From: Rhizodiscina lignyota
Lineage: Eukaryota
Reading direction: 5' to 3'
Length of the DNA: 64,000 nt
Assembly (NCBI GenBank): GCA_010015805.1
Contig: ML978123.1
Span: 2,294,001 to 2,358,000 of the forward strand
A program made the translations under genes and the position numbers. Shown in pieces: positions 24,305 through 37,209 of the stretch (positions are counted from its first letter, which is position 1; the number at the start of each line of letters is the position of its first letter). The notes below the pieces were generated by a model. The model did no database searches. It worked only from the letters and a program-made list of their open reading frames with translations, and was not told the DNA's origin.

Positions 24305-27300
24305 ATGGCGGACCCCTCGGGGCCCAGGCCGGTCCACCCACGCAGACCGCCAGCCCACAAGTCCGTATCTCTCAGGCACTCCATTTCACCGGGACCGCAA
24401 GCGCCGCCTACTGCGTCACGCCCTCAACACCGCGGCAGGATCCCGAGCAGCGACCTGGCAAATCCGTCTTCTAGTGACGATTCGAAGCAGCCCTCGAGCG
24501 CCGACTCGAAACCCGAACACAGGAAAGAGAGTTCGGGGGAGAGCAGCAACGCAGACAAATGGTTCGAGCGTTCCAACAATCAAGTAAAAGCGAACGCTAG
24601 CAACCTGGCCGACAGTATGTTTTCGAGCGCTGTATATTGCCGTTTACTCTAACGAGGAACAGATGACCCGCCGTTCTTCCTTCGACATTCCTCATCCTCC
24701 GAAACACCCCCCGATATCGTAGAGAGTCGGATCCCGCAGTTCCATTCGCAACCATCTATGCTTCCCTACCGAAACAGTCTCCTGCAGATGGAACCACCGG
24801 AGAGCAGCTCCGAAGAGTTTCGAAGCGTCATCGATGACCTTACGGTTCAGAACAAGAAGCTGAAAAGGAAACTGCGAAAGTACGAAAAGCTCTACGACAC
24901 GCACCTGCAGCATGAAAAGCTCTTCGAAATTAGAGTCCATGGACTCCACGGCGCCAAGAAGAGGGAGTTGGAAGAGACGCTCCGGAAATTTGCAATGTCG
25001 CTTGATGAGAGTTCTAAGGCGAGCATACCAACAATTCCGATGGCCACCAGTAATTATACAATGTCAACGCCAGCGCTCGAACCACAGATCGCTTCGTCTT
25101 CGGGGCGCAACTCCGCGAGGTTTGCGGACTCTGCATATGTATCGAACTCTGCATCTGGCCAGCACTCGTTGGCATCGGCAACCCAAGATCGTACAGGTCG
25201 CAAGGAATCCAAAGACGTGCCCAGGGACATGTCCAAGGCTACATTGTCTTCTCGTAACCAAGATATCCAATCATACTTGCATGATATTCCTGCTGGGCTG
25301 CTTCCGAGACAGCCGGTGGCGATGTCAGAGAAGTCAAAGCGTAAGCTTGTCGTCCGAAGACTGGAGCGGATTTTTGCTGGCGGGGGCGCAGCAATTGGCG
25401 GCCATCAGCAACCTGAGCAGCAGCAAGAAGTATCGCAATCAGCCGCACATGCCGACAGGGTAGCAAGAGAAGCTTCGGGCCAGCACGCGAGAGCAGAGGG
25501 TCTGCGAGAAGCCCGCATAATGATGAAGGGTGATCCAGCAGATAATCCGGTGGTGGGGCGTATGGAGAACGCCCAAGATCTGCGCCCTAGCATAATCGCT
25601 GATCTGCGTCACCCTACCGGAAAAGATTCTCCCGAGCAGCGTCCAACTCGGCCATTGGATCTTGATTTACACAGGGCTCAGGTACCAAGCGACAATATTG
25701 AGTACATCAGACATCTTGGTTTCTCTCCGGCAGATATTGATGCGCCGGACGAGCGGGATGAGGGCCATGGGTGGATCTATCTCAATGTCCTCACGAACAT
25801 GGCCCAGCTTCACACTCTGAATGTTACGGCCGATTTCGTAAAGAAATCAGTCAATGACTACAGTCATAAACTTCAGATCTCTCGAGACGGCCGGAAAGTT
25901 CGTTGGAAAGGCGGTCATGGAGTCACCCGCTCCAGCAGTGATAGCTCGCCGGATACTGGGACACAATCACCCAGCAGCAAGGGCAAGGATAAATCTTCAA
26001 GCAAGAAGAAGCCGAAGCTTGAGCGGATGTCCAGTGATGGCTCCAGTGACTCCCTAGTTAACGGATCGCAGGCAGGATCAAGTAGGCTTGCGTATGTTCC
26101 GCTCTTCTTCCACAAGCAAGACTCCGAGGGATACGAAGAGACTTCAGACGAGCATGCCACATCATGGGACTCGCGACAGCAAGAACAGGCGGTCGGAAAC
26201 TCTTCTGGCTTCACCAGTTCCGGTATGCGTACAAATTCTTCGAAGAGGAAACGCGGTGATGATGGACCAATCATATTCTACAACAACGCCAAATTCTGCA
26301 CTGATCTTAGTGGGGACCCGAACGAGAGCCAGTCTTCAGTAAAATATGACACTTTGAGTACGAATCCAGTTGGAATGGATGCTGTTCAGGAATTAAGCAG
26401 TCACGACGAGGCGAACAAGCGCCGAAGACCTCTCACGACCACAGCGCCCGAGGACCCCATGAGCGTGGACGACGAGGGCAGCGGATCCCAGTCAGAAAGT
26501 GAAGATGATATCAAATTTTCTCCTAAGTCGGCCTCTTCTAATAACTTGCAGCCATCAAGCCTTGCAGACATCAATTTCGAGGTTTCTGGGCTTGGAGGCG
26601 TGCAACCCATGGATAATTTCAAGATAGAAGTCCAATCCCGGCGGACGTCTACCCCTGGACAAGCTCCGCCGAATGCGTCTCATTTCCCGCGCCACAAGCC
26701 GTATCCGCGCAAGATCATGGAGATTCTTAGAGAAGGCAGATCAGAGTCCCAGCCCAATGAGGCGTCCTCAATGGGGGCACCGCCTGTGGAACAACACGTC
26801 GTATCTACGCGACAAGAAGATCTGCCGGCCTCTGTTCTTCCCCCTCCAGCTCTTCTCTTTGATGTGGACTCTCCTGAGGATGATTCTGACAATGACACCG
26901 ACTCGGGTGCGGAAAGTGACGTATCTTCTCTCGAACATGATGACGGACCGCCACCCTCAACCGTGCCTCAGATGTTGCACTTCTCCTCAAATTCTTCCGA
27001 CGGTGAAGAGGAAGATGAGGACGACGAAATGTCGGACGGATCTTTGGATCTCCTTGCGACTGCTAGAGAACTCGATCCAACGGCTGTGCACGAGAAGGCA
27101 CGAGATTACAATGCAACTCTAGCTGATCAACTCGCGGATGAAATTCCAGCTGGCAGCTCAGCTGCCACTGCTGGCGGCGGGAGCGGGTATAATAGTCCAG
27201 CTGCAGCGTCGACAGGCATGGGCTCCGATTCAAAGTCTGAGCAGAAAGGAAGTTACGGTGGGACGGTACCAAGCCTGAAGCGGGCCAGAGCAAGTAACGA

Positions 27301-27334
27301 TAGCACCGATCGGGCGAGTGAGCAAGAACCATGA
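24305..27334 (+). CDS. frq: Circadian clock protein FREQUENCY
   Basis: Exon 24305-24614, intron 24615-24662, exon 24663-27334. Conserved FRQ blocks: SSGESSNADKWF, DPPFF, coiled coil EFRSVIDDLTVQNKKLKRKLRKY, LFEIRVHGL, FCD1 KLVVRRLERIF, EQRPTRPLDLD, FCD2 GWIYLNVLTNMAQLH, FCTDLSGDP, FFD EVSGLGGVQPMDNF, acidic PEST tail, SSAATAGG. Confidence 0.96.
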
Positions 27335-28530
27335 ATTGGACGATGGATCAGATGAACGATCTGACTGATTATTACGGATGGAATGCTTGTTTTGCTGCAG
27401 CTTTGTGCTGGCTTGAGCGCAAGCGGGAGTTAACATGTCTGCATAGAAGTCATGATTGCATGTTTCTGTACATTAAGATTGAACGCGTGATACCCGACCA
27501 ATAGCTTAATGAACGGACCAGTTCCATGAGCAACTTGTCTCGAGAGTGACAAAGTAGTGGGCCTGCAATACCTATAGACGAGCAGCTTTTGCACTTGAAG
27601 GTACGTGGGACTATCTTTGAAAGCTTGGTTCTACGTTCTTTGGAGTGCGTGTAACGACTTATACCCTATTGCAGTACTTATACGATGTAAGTCATAGGGG
27701 CTATGCATCATCGCTACTCGCTATCTTGAAAGCTGCAACCAACATTTCTGTCTCAATCGTGCTTGTCTTCCATTGAGCCGCTGCAAAGCGAGGTGACTAT
27801 GCTGGTGCGTGAAACGCTCGTTTACACGTGTCGACGTGTCTGCGCGTCTTCTCGTGCATGCGCCTGGCTCGACTCCCATTCGTCGGCCGCTTGACCTCAC
27901 ACAGCGCACCACGCTGCTTTTCTCGCCCAAACTGTCGATCTGCGGCTCACTTGCCTTCACCCTGTTCTCGCCTGCTTTTGCTACCGTGCCAATTGCATTT
28001 CTCGTTCATGCACTGGACGCTTCGGTCCCCGAAATCTGCCCATCCCGCGATGCCGCGTGTGAAGGCTTACCTTACTTCCAGCTGCAGTGGCCAGGGAAGG
28101 GCCTGTAGCACACACGCTGAGACATTCTGCCCCATCCCTTGCGGAGTGTCACTCGGAATCGGAGCCTTTCTGCACTGAACCAAGCCAAGGATAGTTTGTT
28201 TGTGCCATCGTTCCGTCTCGCCTCCTTCTGATCGACCCCGCTATCCATGGGTTTCGTACGCCGTCCCCCTAGACTCGATCGCAGCCAAAACACCGGGGCG
28301 GACGCGATTACATAGCTGCGGTTCTGCATACCCTGGGGTCCAAAGCGTTCACTTTGAAATCTGCAGCATCCTTTGCGGCTAGGTGCAGGAAGAGGCGGAA
28401 GGGTGTCACGGAAGGCCGGGCCCTTGGCAATATCAGATTCACATTGAGGAAGTGACAGCAAAGCAAGCCTAAATTTGCCGCTCGCCTTACTTTTCGGCCC
28501 ATCCTATCAGTCATCTCGACGTTGGAAGAT

Positions 28531-30974
28531 ATGGTATGTATTCCCTGCCCTCGACGCGTTGTCCTGAGTGTAATTGAACCTCGATTTCCCGCTTTTGATT
28601 CAGGCGGCAGGGGACACGGAGCTGATATATCATATTCCTGCAGGCCGACAGTGGTGCCACAGTGTTGGCAGAGAAGTTATCTGTCTCCACAGTCGGAGAC
28701 TCTGAAACGTCATCCAGCGCTACGCCCATCTCTCCTGGGATCCAAAGGGAATTGTCGTCGGGTTCTCGGAATCCCACGTCTCGCAGGAGTTCTGCATCGT
28801 CTTTATCAAACAGCAGCCGCCACTCTCAATGGACCTCGGCCGATAGTGAGAAAGTAGAACCTCGTCGTCATTCTGAAAGCTCGGCATCAGCAACATCGAA
28901 TCGGCATCGGCCTTCTGCCTTACCCTCCAGCTCGAAAAGGACGTCTGCTCCTCGTACGAGCTCTCTCGATAGGGACCAAGGCAGCTTCCACCCCAAACTT
29001 GACCGCATACGGGAAGACCGAGAAAGAGAGAGCGATCAGGAAACGCAACGCGGCACCTCCTCGAAAGACCGTGAGCGTGATCGAGAAAAGCCGCGCAACA
29101 AGACTCGAACATCCCGTCGAATCGTTCCTGCCGAAGACCTAGGTATTGGGAATGGGCATGTCTATCGCCGCAACGTACGACATCGACCCAGCAACGGCAC
29201 TTCGCTACAGCGTCAGTTCAATAGCATCGCGAATGCAAGCCTAGTGTCCGTCCTCACAAGTTTAACTAGCACATCTGGAGCTAGCAGTGGCAGTAATAAG
29301 ACAGTCACGCAAGATTCGTACGACAGAGGCCACAGTCATCGAAAGAAGAGGAGCAAAACACGACGACGAGAAGAAAAGGACCCAGCCTCAACGGCATCTC
29401 ACCATTCTTCCTCCAGAGGGCAAGGACCTAGCGTATTTGACTACATGGAGGACGACATGCCGTCAGAATATGAGGCGGCTTACATGAATGGCACTTCAGA
29501 GGCATCATGGCATCAAAGGCCTGCATCGTCGTCTGGGTATGAAGCCTCAGAGGGCAGCCCAGAGATTGAACCCAGATCCATCGTTGTACGTAGGGTCTCC
29601 GCAACACGCATGGATAGGATGAACTCGGACTCGGGTATATCCATGAGAGAAGGGACCCCGGAGCCTGGCGACAAGCCTTCACCGGTCGCTCGCCATGACT
29701 CCGCTGTTGAGCATAATGGTGTTGATGATGACGAGAGCAACAGCGACAGTGACAGCGACGAGGACGGTGACGAGACACAGCTCACGGACGTATCACAGTT
29801 TCAGGTCAGCCAACATGATGAGGACCTGCACCTCAGAGAGCAACTTCAAGAAAAGGAAGAGCAGATAAAGGAACATATCTTGCAGTCGCCTCAACCTCGG
29901 CGGTATCATAGCTTTACCCGCCCACGGTATGATGTACAACCAGGTCTTCCAAATATGACCCAATATCCGGATCATTCGTATAGTCTACAACATAGCTATA
30001 CATACCCACAACCGATACCTCGGCCATCTCTTAATGGCTCTACGAGTTACCCGCCATACTCTCAAGCATATCCTTATTCCGGGTACCCTACCCGGCGGGC
30101 CAGTATGGTAGATGATCATAGAGGCGATACAACTGCAAAGACAACGCTCGCAGGGTATGAGCTCCTAGCGTTGAAGTTGTCCGAGCAGACAGGGTCGAAG
30201 CACATGGGGGTTAACAAAGGCGAAGAGGAGGTCACACCCTTATATCGACGTTTCGAGTTCTTAAATCATCGGATCCTCCTCCACCTCCAAGACGAGATTG
30301 CTGAGCTGGAAGAAGAACTGCGACGGATTGACGAGGCCATTGCACAACGACAGCAGCATGTACAAAACAGCATGAACGCGGAGACGGCTAAATCATCAGA
30401 TGAATCAACACCCCGAATCGCTGCGAGCAGACGAGACGATGCCAGAGCTGGTGGAGAGCTCTGCGAGCGACGAACCATGCTACTTGGGAGGATCTACAAC
30501 AAGCTCGCGCAATACAACAAGGCTATGGCGGCGTATACTACCGCAAAGACGAATTTGAATTCCGCCACACAGGAGGAACTACAATCGTACCGGACCTGGA
30601 TGGAGGCGAACGTGCCAATCGACAAAGTGGAGACCAGATTTCTGGACTTTGACGCAGACCTCGTTTCCATCGGCAACTCTCACCGACGGGATCCGCCGGT
30701 TGCTCCGGTAGAAACTGCTCAACAATCCGCAGACCTCACGGCGCCCGCTCAATCCTCCACGGACGACAAATGGTTGACCCCATCAGACATGATGCTGATC
30801 TTTTCCATACTTATTGCCTTCTGTTCATGTATTTTCCTGACAGCTTCGATGTTCGATTCACAGTGGGCATGGGCGCTTGCCTTCATGTCCTCGGCGTGGG
30901 CTTTCATATTCGCTTGGGCTTACAGCAATAAAGTCCTGCACGAGAGAACAAAGTCAAATTTGAAAGGAAAGTAA
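28531..30974 (+). CDS. Hypothetical protein with long disordered N-terminus and C-terminal DUF6594-like domain plus two TM helices
   Basis: 770-codon ORF with GYELLA...LYRRFEFLNHRILLHLQDEIAELEEEL (DUF6594-like as recalled) and a hydrophobic C-terminus. Start placed at ATG 28531 followed directly by intron 28534-28643. Confidence 0.8.
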
Positions 30975-31258
30975 AATCATCTCCGAAACCCGCAGTCCAA
31001 GGCAACATCACATTTATTATCTTACCTAGCTACGATATTGTTCGAATCTCTTTCTTTCTTTAATGAAGCGATGACATCCCCGACTTTGTTGCGAATATTT
31101 GAAGCATAATTATGATGCTATGATGTATATATTACTGTATATCTAGCAAGACCGTTATCTGGTATCTCATCTGCATACATATTCCTGACTTTTCAAGCCA
31201 GTTCTCATAAATACATAGCCTTCTCTGCCATTTTCAAGGTCATTTACGATCTTGACTT

Positions 31259-32737
31259 TTACTTATCTAATCCAGCAAGGTAACTCTTCGCCTCCTCGGT
31301 GACGTCGGTCGCATACAACCATTGCAAGTACGGCGCACTGGGAAACCTTGCCTTCATGTCCTTATTGGCCGGCTTTTCTTGCATCCTTTCTTCCTCGCTA
31401 AGATTAAGTTCGGCCTCCAAGGCCTTCGTCTGCTGGGCTAACCCAGCGTCGCGAATTGGCCGGAGGTCTCCGCCAGCACCCAGAAATCCGTAACCCTCAT
31501 GTGAGGCAGTTTGCATGCGCTGGACGCGGGGTTTGCGAAGGACTTCATACGCTTCAGTAGCTCGCGAGAGTGGCTGTCCATTGTCGCTGGCCCAAGAGAT
31601 GCATTCCGCCAGTACAGCGGCGTCTTCGATCGCAGAATTACCACCGCTAGCGGAATGTGGAATCATCGCGTGACAAGCGTCACCCATCAGGACCACTCGC
31701 CCATCTTCGCTCCTGAACGTATCAATCGGTGGAAGCTCTGCTTGAGTCCACTCAACGCATGCGTCCACCCGGTCCAGCAGATCCCTTACTTCCGGGCAAA
31801 GATCCTGGAAGTTCTTCTTCATTTTAACTGGATCTGCCTTGGTCCCCCACACTCCTGGAGGGACAGTGCTTTCACGCACGACGACACAGACGACGTCATA
31901 GAATCTATTCGGTGGCATTGGCCAGGTGAGGATATATTTACCCTCGGTGGTCCAGCACATCGAGTCATGGTTCTTTAGCAGCCAATCCAGCGTCGGTACG
32001 CCGACCATACGGTCTTTGGGCACCGTACAGCGCCAAGTTTGCTCGAAAAGAGGCTTTGGCTCGACACTCGCGAGGACCGGGATCGAGTGCCGTACGGGTG
32101 AGCGCATGCCGTCGGCTCCAACAATCAGATCTGCTGCAATCTCTCTGCCATCTTCGAGGATCACAGCGAGTCGTTCAAGGTCCACACGGATGCACTTCGC
32201 GTCGAACAGAATCGTTGCACCCATTTCTATGGCGCCCATGGCAAGGGTCTGCTGGTAGTCTGCACGGTGGATGTTCCAGGCCCTATCAGAAGCAATTGTG
32301 AGCAATTCATGTCACTCGAAGCACCACCAACACTACGTTTGCTCGAGTTTGCTCTCGAAACAAAAGAGTAGTTGGAAGAGACCGGTGTGCCTGTCACAAA
32401 CAGGACAAGAGGGAGACAGGGGAGTAACTCACTCTGATCCATATTTGATAGTTCCGTACTTTTTGTGATTAATCGCCAGCCTCCCAAGCCTCTCGTTATT
32501 GGCAGCGTCTCTGATATCTGTAAATCCGTTCTTGGTGACAACAGATTCGAACTTCTTTTCTAGACCCCACTTCACCAAACAGCGCACTCCATTCGGATTG
32601 ATGCCAATACTGGCACCGAACTCGTTGAGCGCGGGCTTCGACTCGAGGACAGTGACCTTGTTGCCCTTTCGTGCAAGCGCGTTCGCAGCTGCGAGACCGG
32701 CAATGCCGGCGCCAACGACGATTATATGGTAACCCAT
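31259..32737 (-). CDS. FAD-dependent monooxygenase (salicylate hydroxylase-like, group A), two exons
   Basis: GxGxxG (IIVVGAGIAGL), DG motif (LIVGADGMRSPVR), GD motif (VVLMGDACHAMIPHSASGGNSAIEDA); intron about 32284-32432. Confidence 0.93.
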
Positions 32738-33481
32738 TATGCAAGTTGACGTGGAATATGGAGCCCACTAGAAGTCCAATGGCGAGAGATCAATTCACCA
32801 CATTGCATTGAGGAGAGATTCACCAGATTTATGAGCATTCCCTATTGTCAGACGGTCAGCAAGGGACTTGCCTGTTTGGCTACTTGCATCGCTCTACGTT
32901 AGGCAAGTCGGTTGAACGCCGTGGCCCGTCTCACTCTAAGCCAGGATCTGTCATGTGGACCGAGGAGAGATAAAGAGGAGAGGAACTGATAAACTCAGCT
33001 CGAATGATACGAGTTCAATTGGCGTACGGACAAAACAAGTGGCTCGTGTTGACGAATGAATGCATGTGAGCAATTGAAGTTAGGTTAGGGGCTTTCCCAA
33101 ATTAGGCAGCATTATGCTCAGGGCTAATTCTCACACTCACAATTCCTCTTACTGCAGAATGTCACTTGCAAGTTGTAATGATGTAAGCTCGAGCCAAGCT
33201 CAAATTAACGAAGGCAGGCACGGTAAATTGTTGTATATTCCAAATGGTACGATATTAGCGTTGGTCGAGTTGGTAGAGTGCACATTCAACTTGGTAAACG
33301 CTGGGTCCGCTATTCCTTCTTGTGTCGACTTGAGCAGGATCAAAGGTTTATAGGATTATCATTCTTTTGGTAGAAGAGCAGATACGCGGAGAAGGTATTC
33401 AAGGTGATTCAGAGTCTCTTTCTCTATTCAAACCCAAACAGACACTAGACACCAGACACCGGTCCTATGCTATGCTACATC

Positions 33482-36054
33482 TTAAATCACCTTTGAGGAT
33501 GCAATTGCATCCGAGATGAACCAAGCAAATTGGTCAGCGACATCCTCGTGTTGTTTGGCAGTGCCAATACCCATTAGGATGTCCTTGATTCCCAAGCCTA
33601 TTTCTTTGCTGCCTGTCTGACTCTCGATCTCGGCAATTGCCCGTCCCTGGTCCCTGTCAGAGAAAGAGCCGGTGTGCCGCAGTATATGGGCAAGTTCCTG
33701 CTGCGTCTGAACGTTGGGCACTGGAATTGAGGCGTTAAACCGGCGTAGCAGATCTAGTTGAGAGAGTACCGAGCGCTCTGTTGTGGTGGCAAATATGAGA
33801 AGCCGTCGGTCCTTCGGGGGTTGTTTGCTGAGCAGAGCCTTTAATGCAACGAGTACACTGTTGCTAAAGCGAGGCCCTACTGGAACCCAATCGAAAAGCA
33901 ACTCGATCGAATCGATCACTATGATGCTCATCGGACTCTTGTACGCGTCTCTGAACACTTTGTCCAGCTGTTGCACTTTCTGCATTTCACTGTACCCAAT
34001 CATGTCGTCCGGGCTCACCAGCTTGATATATGGAAATTCTGAGTCGAGGGCCATCTTTGCTGCAAGTGCGGTTTTACCAGAGCCACTGGGGCCGTGCAAG
34101 AGTACGCTAACCAAGGGCGTAGCTGCATGTGTACGGACCTGATTGACATACGTTCGGCCTTGGTCGAGGATGCTGTCGATGTTGGGTGAATAATGGATAA
34201 TGCCGCCTCTGAGTCGTGACTCTAACTCTTCCTCTGCAACGCCGAAAAGTGGCTTCACCTCCTCGAGAGCGCTCATGAAGTCTTCTCGTTTGACCTTCAT
34301 ATTCACCACATCATCGTTTATGCTTGCCATCGTGCCAACCTTGACATGCCTGCTGAATGCAAATGATGAAGCGGCCTTGACTAATCCATTGATTTCAGCA
34401 CCAGAGAAATTCTTGGTCAAGCGCGCGAGCTCGAGCAAGTCAACATCAGTGGCCATGATGTTGTTGTCTCGCATCTTCGCGGTGTGAATCTTCAATATCT
34501 GCGCTCTTCCGTGTTCATCGGGCAAGGAGATTTCCATGTGGACCTCCAGACGACCCGCACGAAGAAGCGCGTCATCAATCATGTCCATACGGTTCGTCAT
34601 CCCAATAAGGAGAATGTTGTTTAGTTGATCAACACCGTCCAGCTTCGCCAGCAGCTGGTTGACCACACTGTCGCCGACGCCTGTCCCACCACCGGCACCA
34701 CTCCCTCTTTGCTTGCACACAGCATCCAATTCGTCGAAGATGATAATGTGCAAGCCGCTCTCATCCCCTCTCTCCTTGTACTCTTTCTCGGCATCCGCAA
34801 AGAGCTTTCGGATGTTTTCTTCTGACTGACCAACATATTTATTCAGCACCTCGGGACCGTTGACGACTTTCGGCTCTCGGGCATTGAGCATTTTGCCTAT
34901 TTGACGAGCAATGAGAGTCTTGCCAGTTCCTGGAGGACCGTACAAGAGTATGCCACGCACGTGCTGAATGCCGAGTTTGTCGACAAGTCCTGGAGGGAAA
35001 ATGCGTGATGCGAACGCGCGACGGAAGATAGCGCTGAATTCCGTGTCCAACCCACCAATTCCCATGTCTTCGAATTTGAAATTGGGCTGTACGATGGAAT
35101 TTGCTGCAGGTCTTCGGTTTGAGCCTTTCAATTTGATGTCGCTGCGCGCGTCCTTAAAGAAGTTCATGATACTCTGCCGGGTGACAATGCCTCGCGCATT
35201 GGGGTCGGAGAGAGTTGGAGTATCGCCGCCACTCTTCTCCAGTGAAAGATCGACGAGCTGGATCGTGCGGATCGTGAATCGTAGGGGAATATTGCGATGA
35301 TCCATCAGAAGCATCTGGCCAGGCGCGAGTATTTGGTTCTCAAAGTTCTGTTCGGGTGTTAGTTCCAATACGAGAGGTACCACACTAGAAGACCGCAAAT
35401 GCTAAGTGGATTCAACCGCCTGATAATGGCAGAACCGCCTCAATGAGCTTTACAACTTGAGAAACTCACCTTAGTGAACAGCGCTGCGAGCTCATCTTGA
35501 TCATAAGGAGTCTCGACTGACTTCCTTCCTGCGAAGCCCACCTCCGCATCTATCGTGCCCAGGTATGCCTGACCACCTTGACTGAAAGCATCGTATGTCT
35601 GTACTTCGACGACATCGTTTGGCCCTAGACTGACGCCAGCCCACGTTCGCTGTGCATCTGTCAAGCCGATCTCCCCAGGTCGACAGCCCTCTGTTGGCCT
35701 CGCAGAGAGAACAAACATGCGGTTTAAGAGGAGATAGATGTCTGATCCGTCGTGTGTGGGCGGGAAATCGAGTGGTGACACAGCTACGAGATTGCCAAAG
35801 GCATAGGCGTTGCCTCCAGGGCTTTTAACAGGCCTTAGCTGCATGGCTCTCCCACCCCCGTGCGAGCTGTGCTGCTGTCGGCCAGCGGGTGCACGCTGCA
35901 TTCCACCTCCGCCGTAGCCTGAAGGTGGTGTCTCATAACCTCCACTCATTCGTGTATCGTAGTTTTCTCGAGGCTGTCTTGGTGGGGGCGGGGCTTGTTG
36001 ATTGCCACTATTCGGACGACCTCCGAAGGACGGAAGATTGTTTCGATTGAACAT
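33482..36054 (-). CDS. SEC18: Vesicle-fusing AAA+ ATPase NSF/Sec18, two exons
   Basis: D1 MGIGGLDTEFSAIFRRAFASR, GPPGTGKT, HIIIFDELDAVCKQRG; D2 GPSGSGKT; N-domain in exon 1. Confidence 0.97.
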
Positions 36055-37209
36055 TGTCGGTGGCAAATATAGGTAAGAGAGGATATACGAAAAACGAAAT
36101 TTAAAGGTAGGTAGAAGTGCGACGTGGCTTCAAAGAGCGTTTTCGCTGTAGGCAACGATCGAGGAAGTAAAGGCGCACGAGATGAGATGATGCGGTCGGA
36201 GGGCGAACGCTTTGTGTGAAAGTGCAAAGAGAGGAAGCTAATAGCGCCCTTGTTCTGCCAAGGTGTGCGATCAGAGAGTGCGATGTTGAGGTTGGAGGTG
36301 ATGGCGGAAGTGCAACATGGCAAGATGAAGAGTGGAATTATGGTACAGCTCTGGTCTCAGGCAGCACATCCCTGTCGCCGCGTACCTTGAAGATGACACT
36401 GACAACTATGATGAAAGTCTTGGCACCTACTAGTGAAGTCGACGCATCTTTGTCAGCGCAATCACGTGACCGTTCGGTTGCGATCTGCCTACTTCTTCCA
36501 ACTGCCGCTGACTCTCCTCCTTTCCTCCTTCACTCCCCTTCTCCGCTCGCCACTTACACCCAACTTCATCTCCAGCACGCTTCAACCGTCGAGAAACCAT
36601 CAAGTGAACAGTCTCCGGCAACCACGACGTCACTTTGACTCCACTGAGCGACTTTTGTCAAGAGGTTGGGACTCCCAGCCACCCTTTTCCAGTTTCCCAT
36701 TGTCAGTGCGCGGAGGTGAGACACGTAGGCTTCAATAGGAGGGAACAATAGGACATTTGCACAATAGGAAGTGTTGCAGGAAAAAAAAATTCATCAGGCT
36801 ATTGAGAGACATCAGTGGTGCTTCGGTCATTGAGCTGGGCTCTTACTGTGCTGCACTTTCTTCTTGTATACAACTTCGCGCCTTCTCCTGCGCTAGCTGC
36901 GAACAACTTCAAGTGTTGATCACTTTCAATTCAAAAAGAACAGTTATCCCTCTCGTGCTTCGGACGACGTTCAGGATCCGCGGAAATTCACTGTCATCGC
37001 CATAATTCTGACAGACTGAATCTTGACGTCTGCGTTGCATCATCTTCACTGACCTAGAATACGACTTTGCGGACTCTTCATCGACCATCGTGCTTTGGAT
37101 TCGTCATCCCCAAGAACATCGACCAGGACTCAAACGGTCCTCCAGTGTGCGCTGAGACGGGTCATCCTTCTGTTCGACCATCCCGGATCCCTTGACCTAG
37201 GTAGTCAGC

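Noticed and set aside
23839..24587. 211-aa and 238-aa ORFs as an extended FRQ N-terminus or separate genes
   Set aside because: Both are out of frame with the FRQ exon starting at ACCATGG 24305 and contain no FRQ motifs; kept only as possible uORFs.
16764..32737. Secondary-metabolite cluster made of the P450 and FAD monooxygenase
   Set aside because: They are about 13 kb apart, separated by NEDD8, frq and other genes, with no backbone enzyme, transporter or cluster regulator in the window.
33079..33092. GTTAGGTTAGGGG telomere-like motif
   Set aside because: Two imperfect units only; expected by chance.
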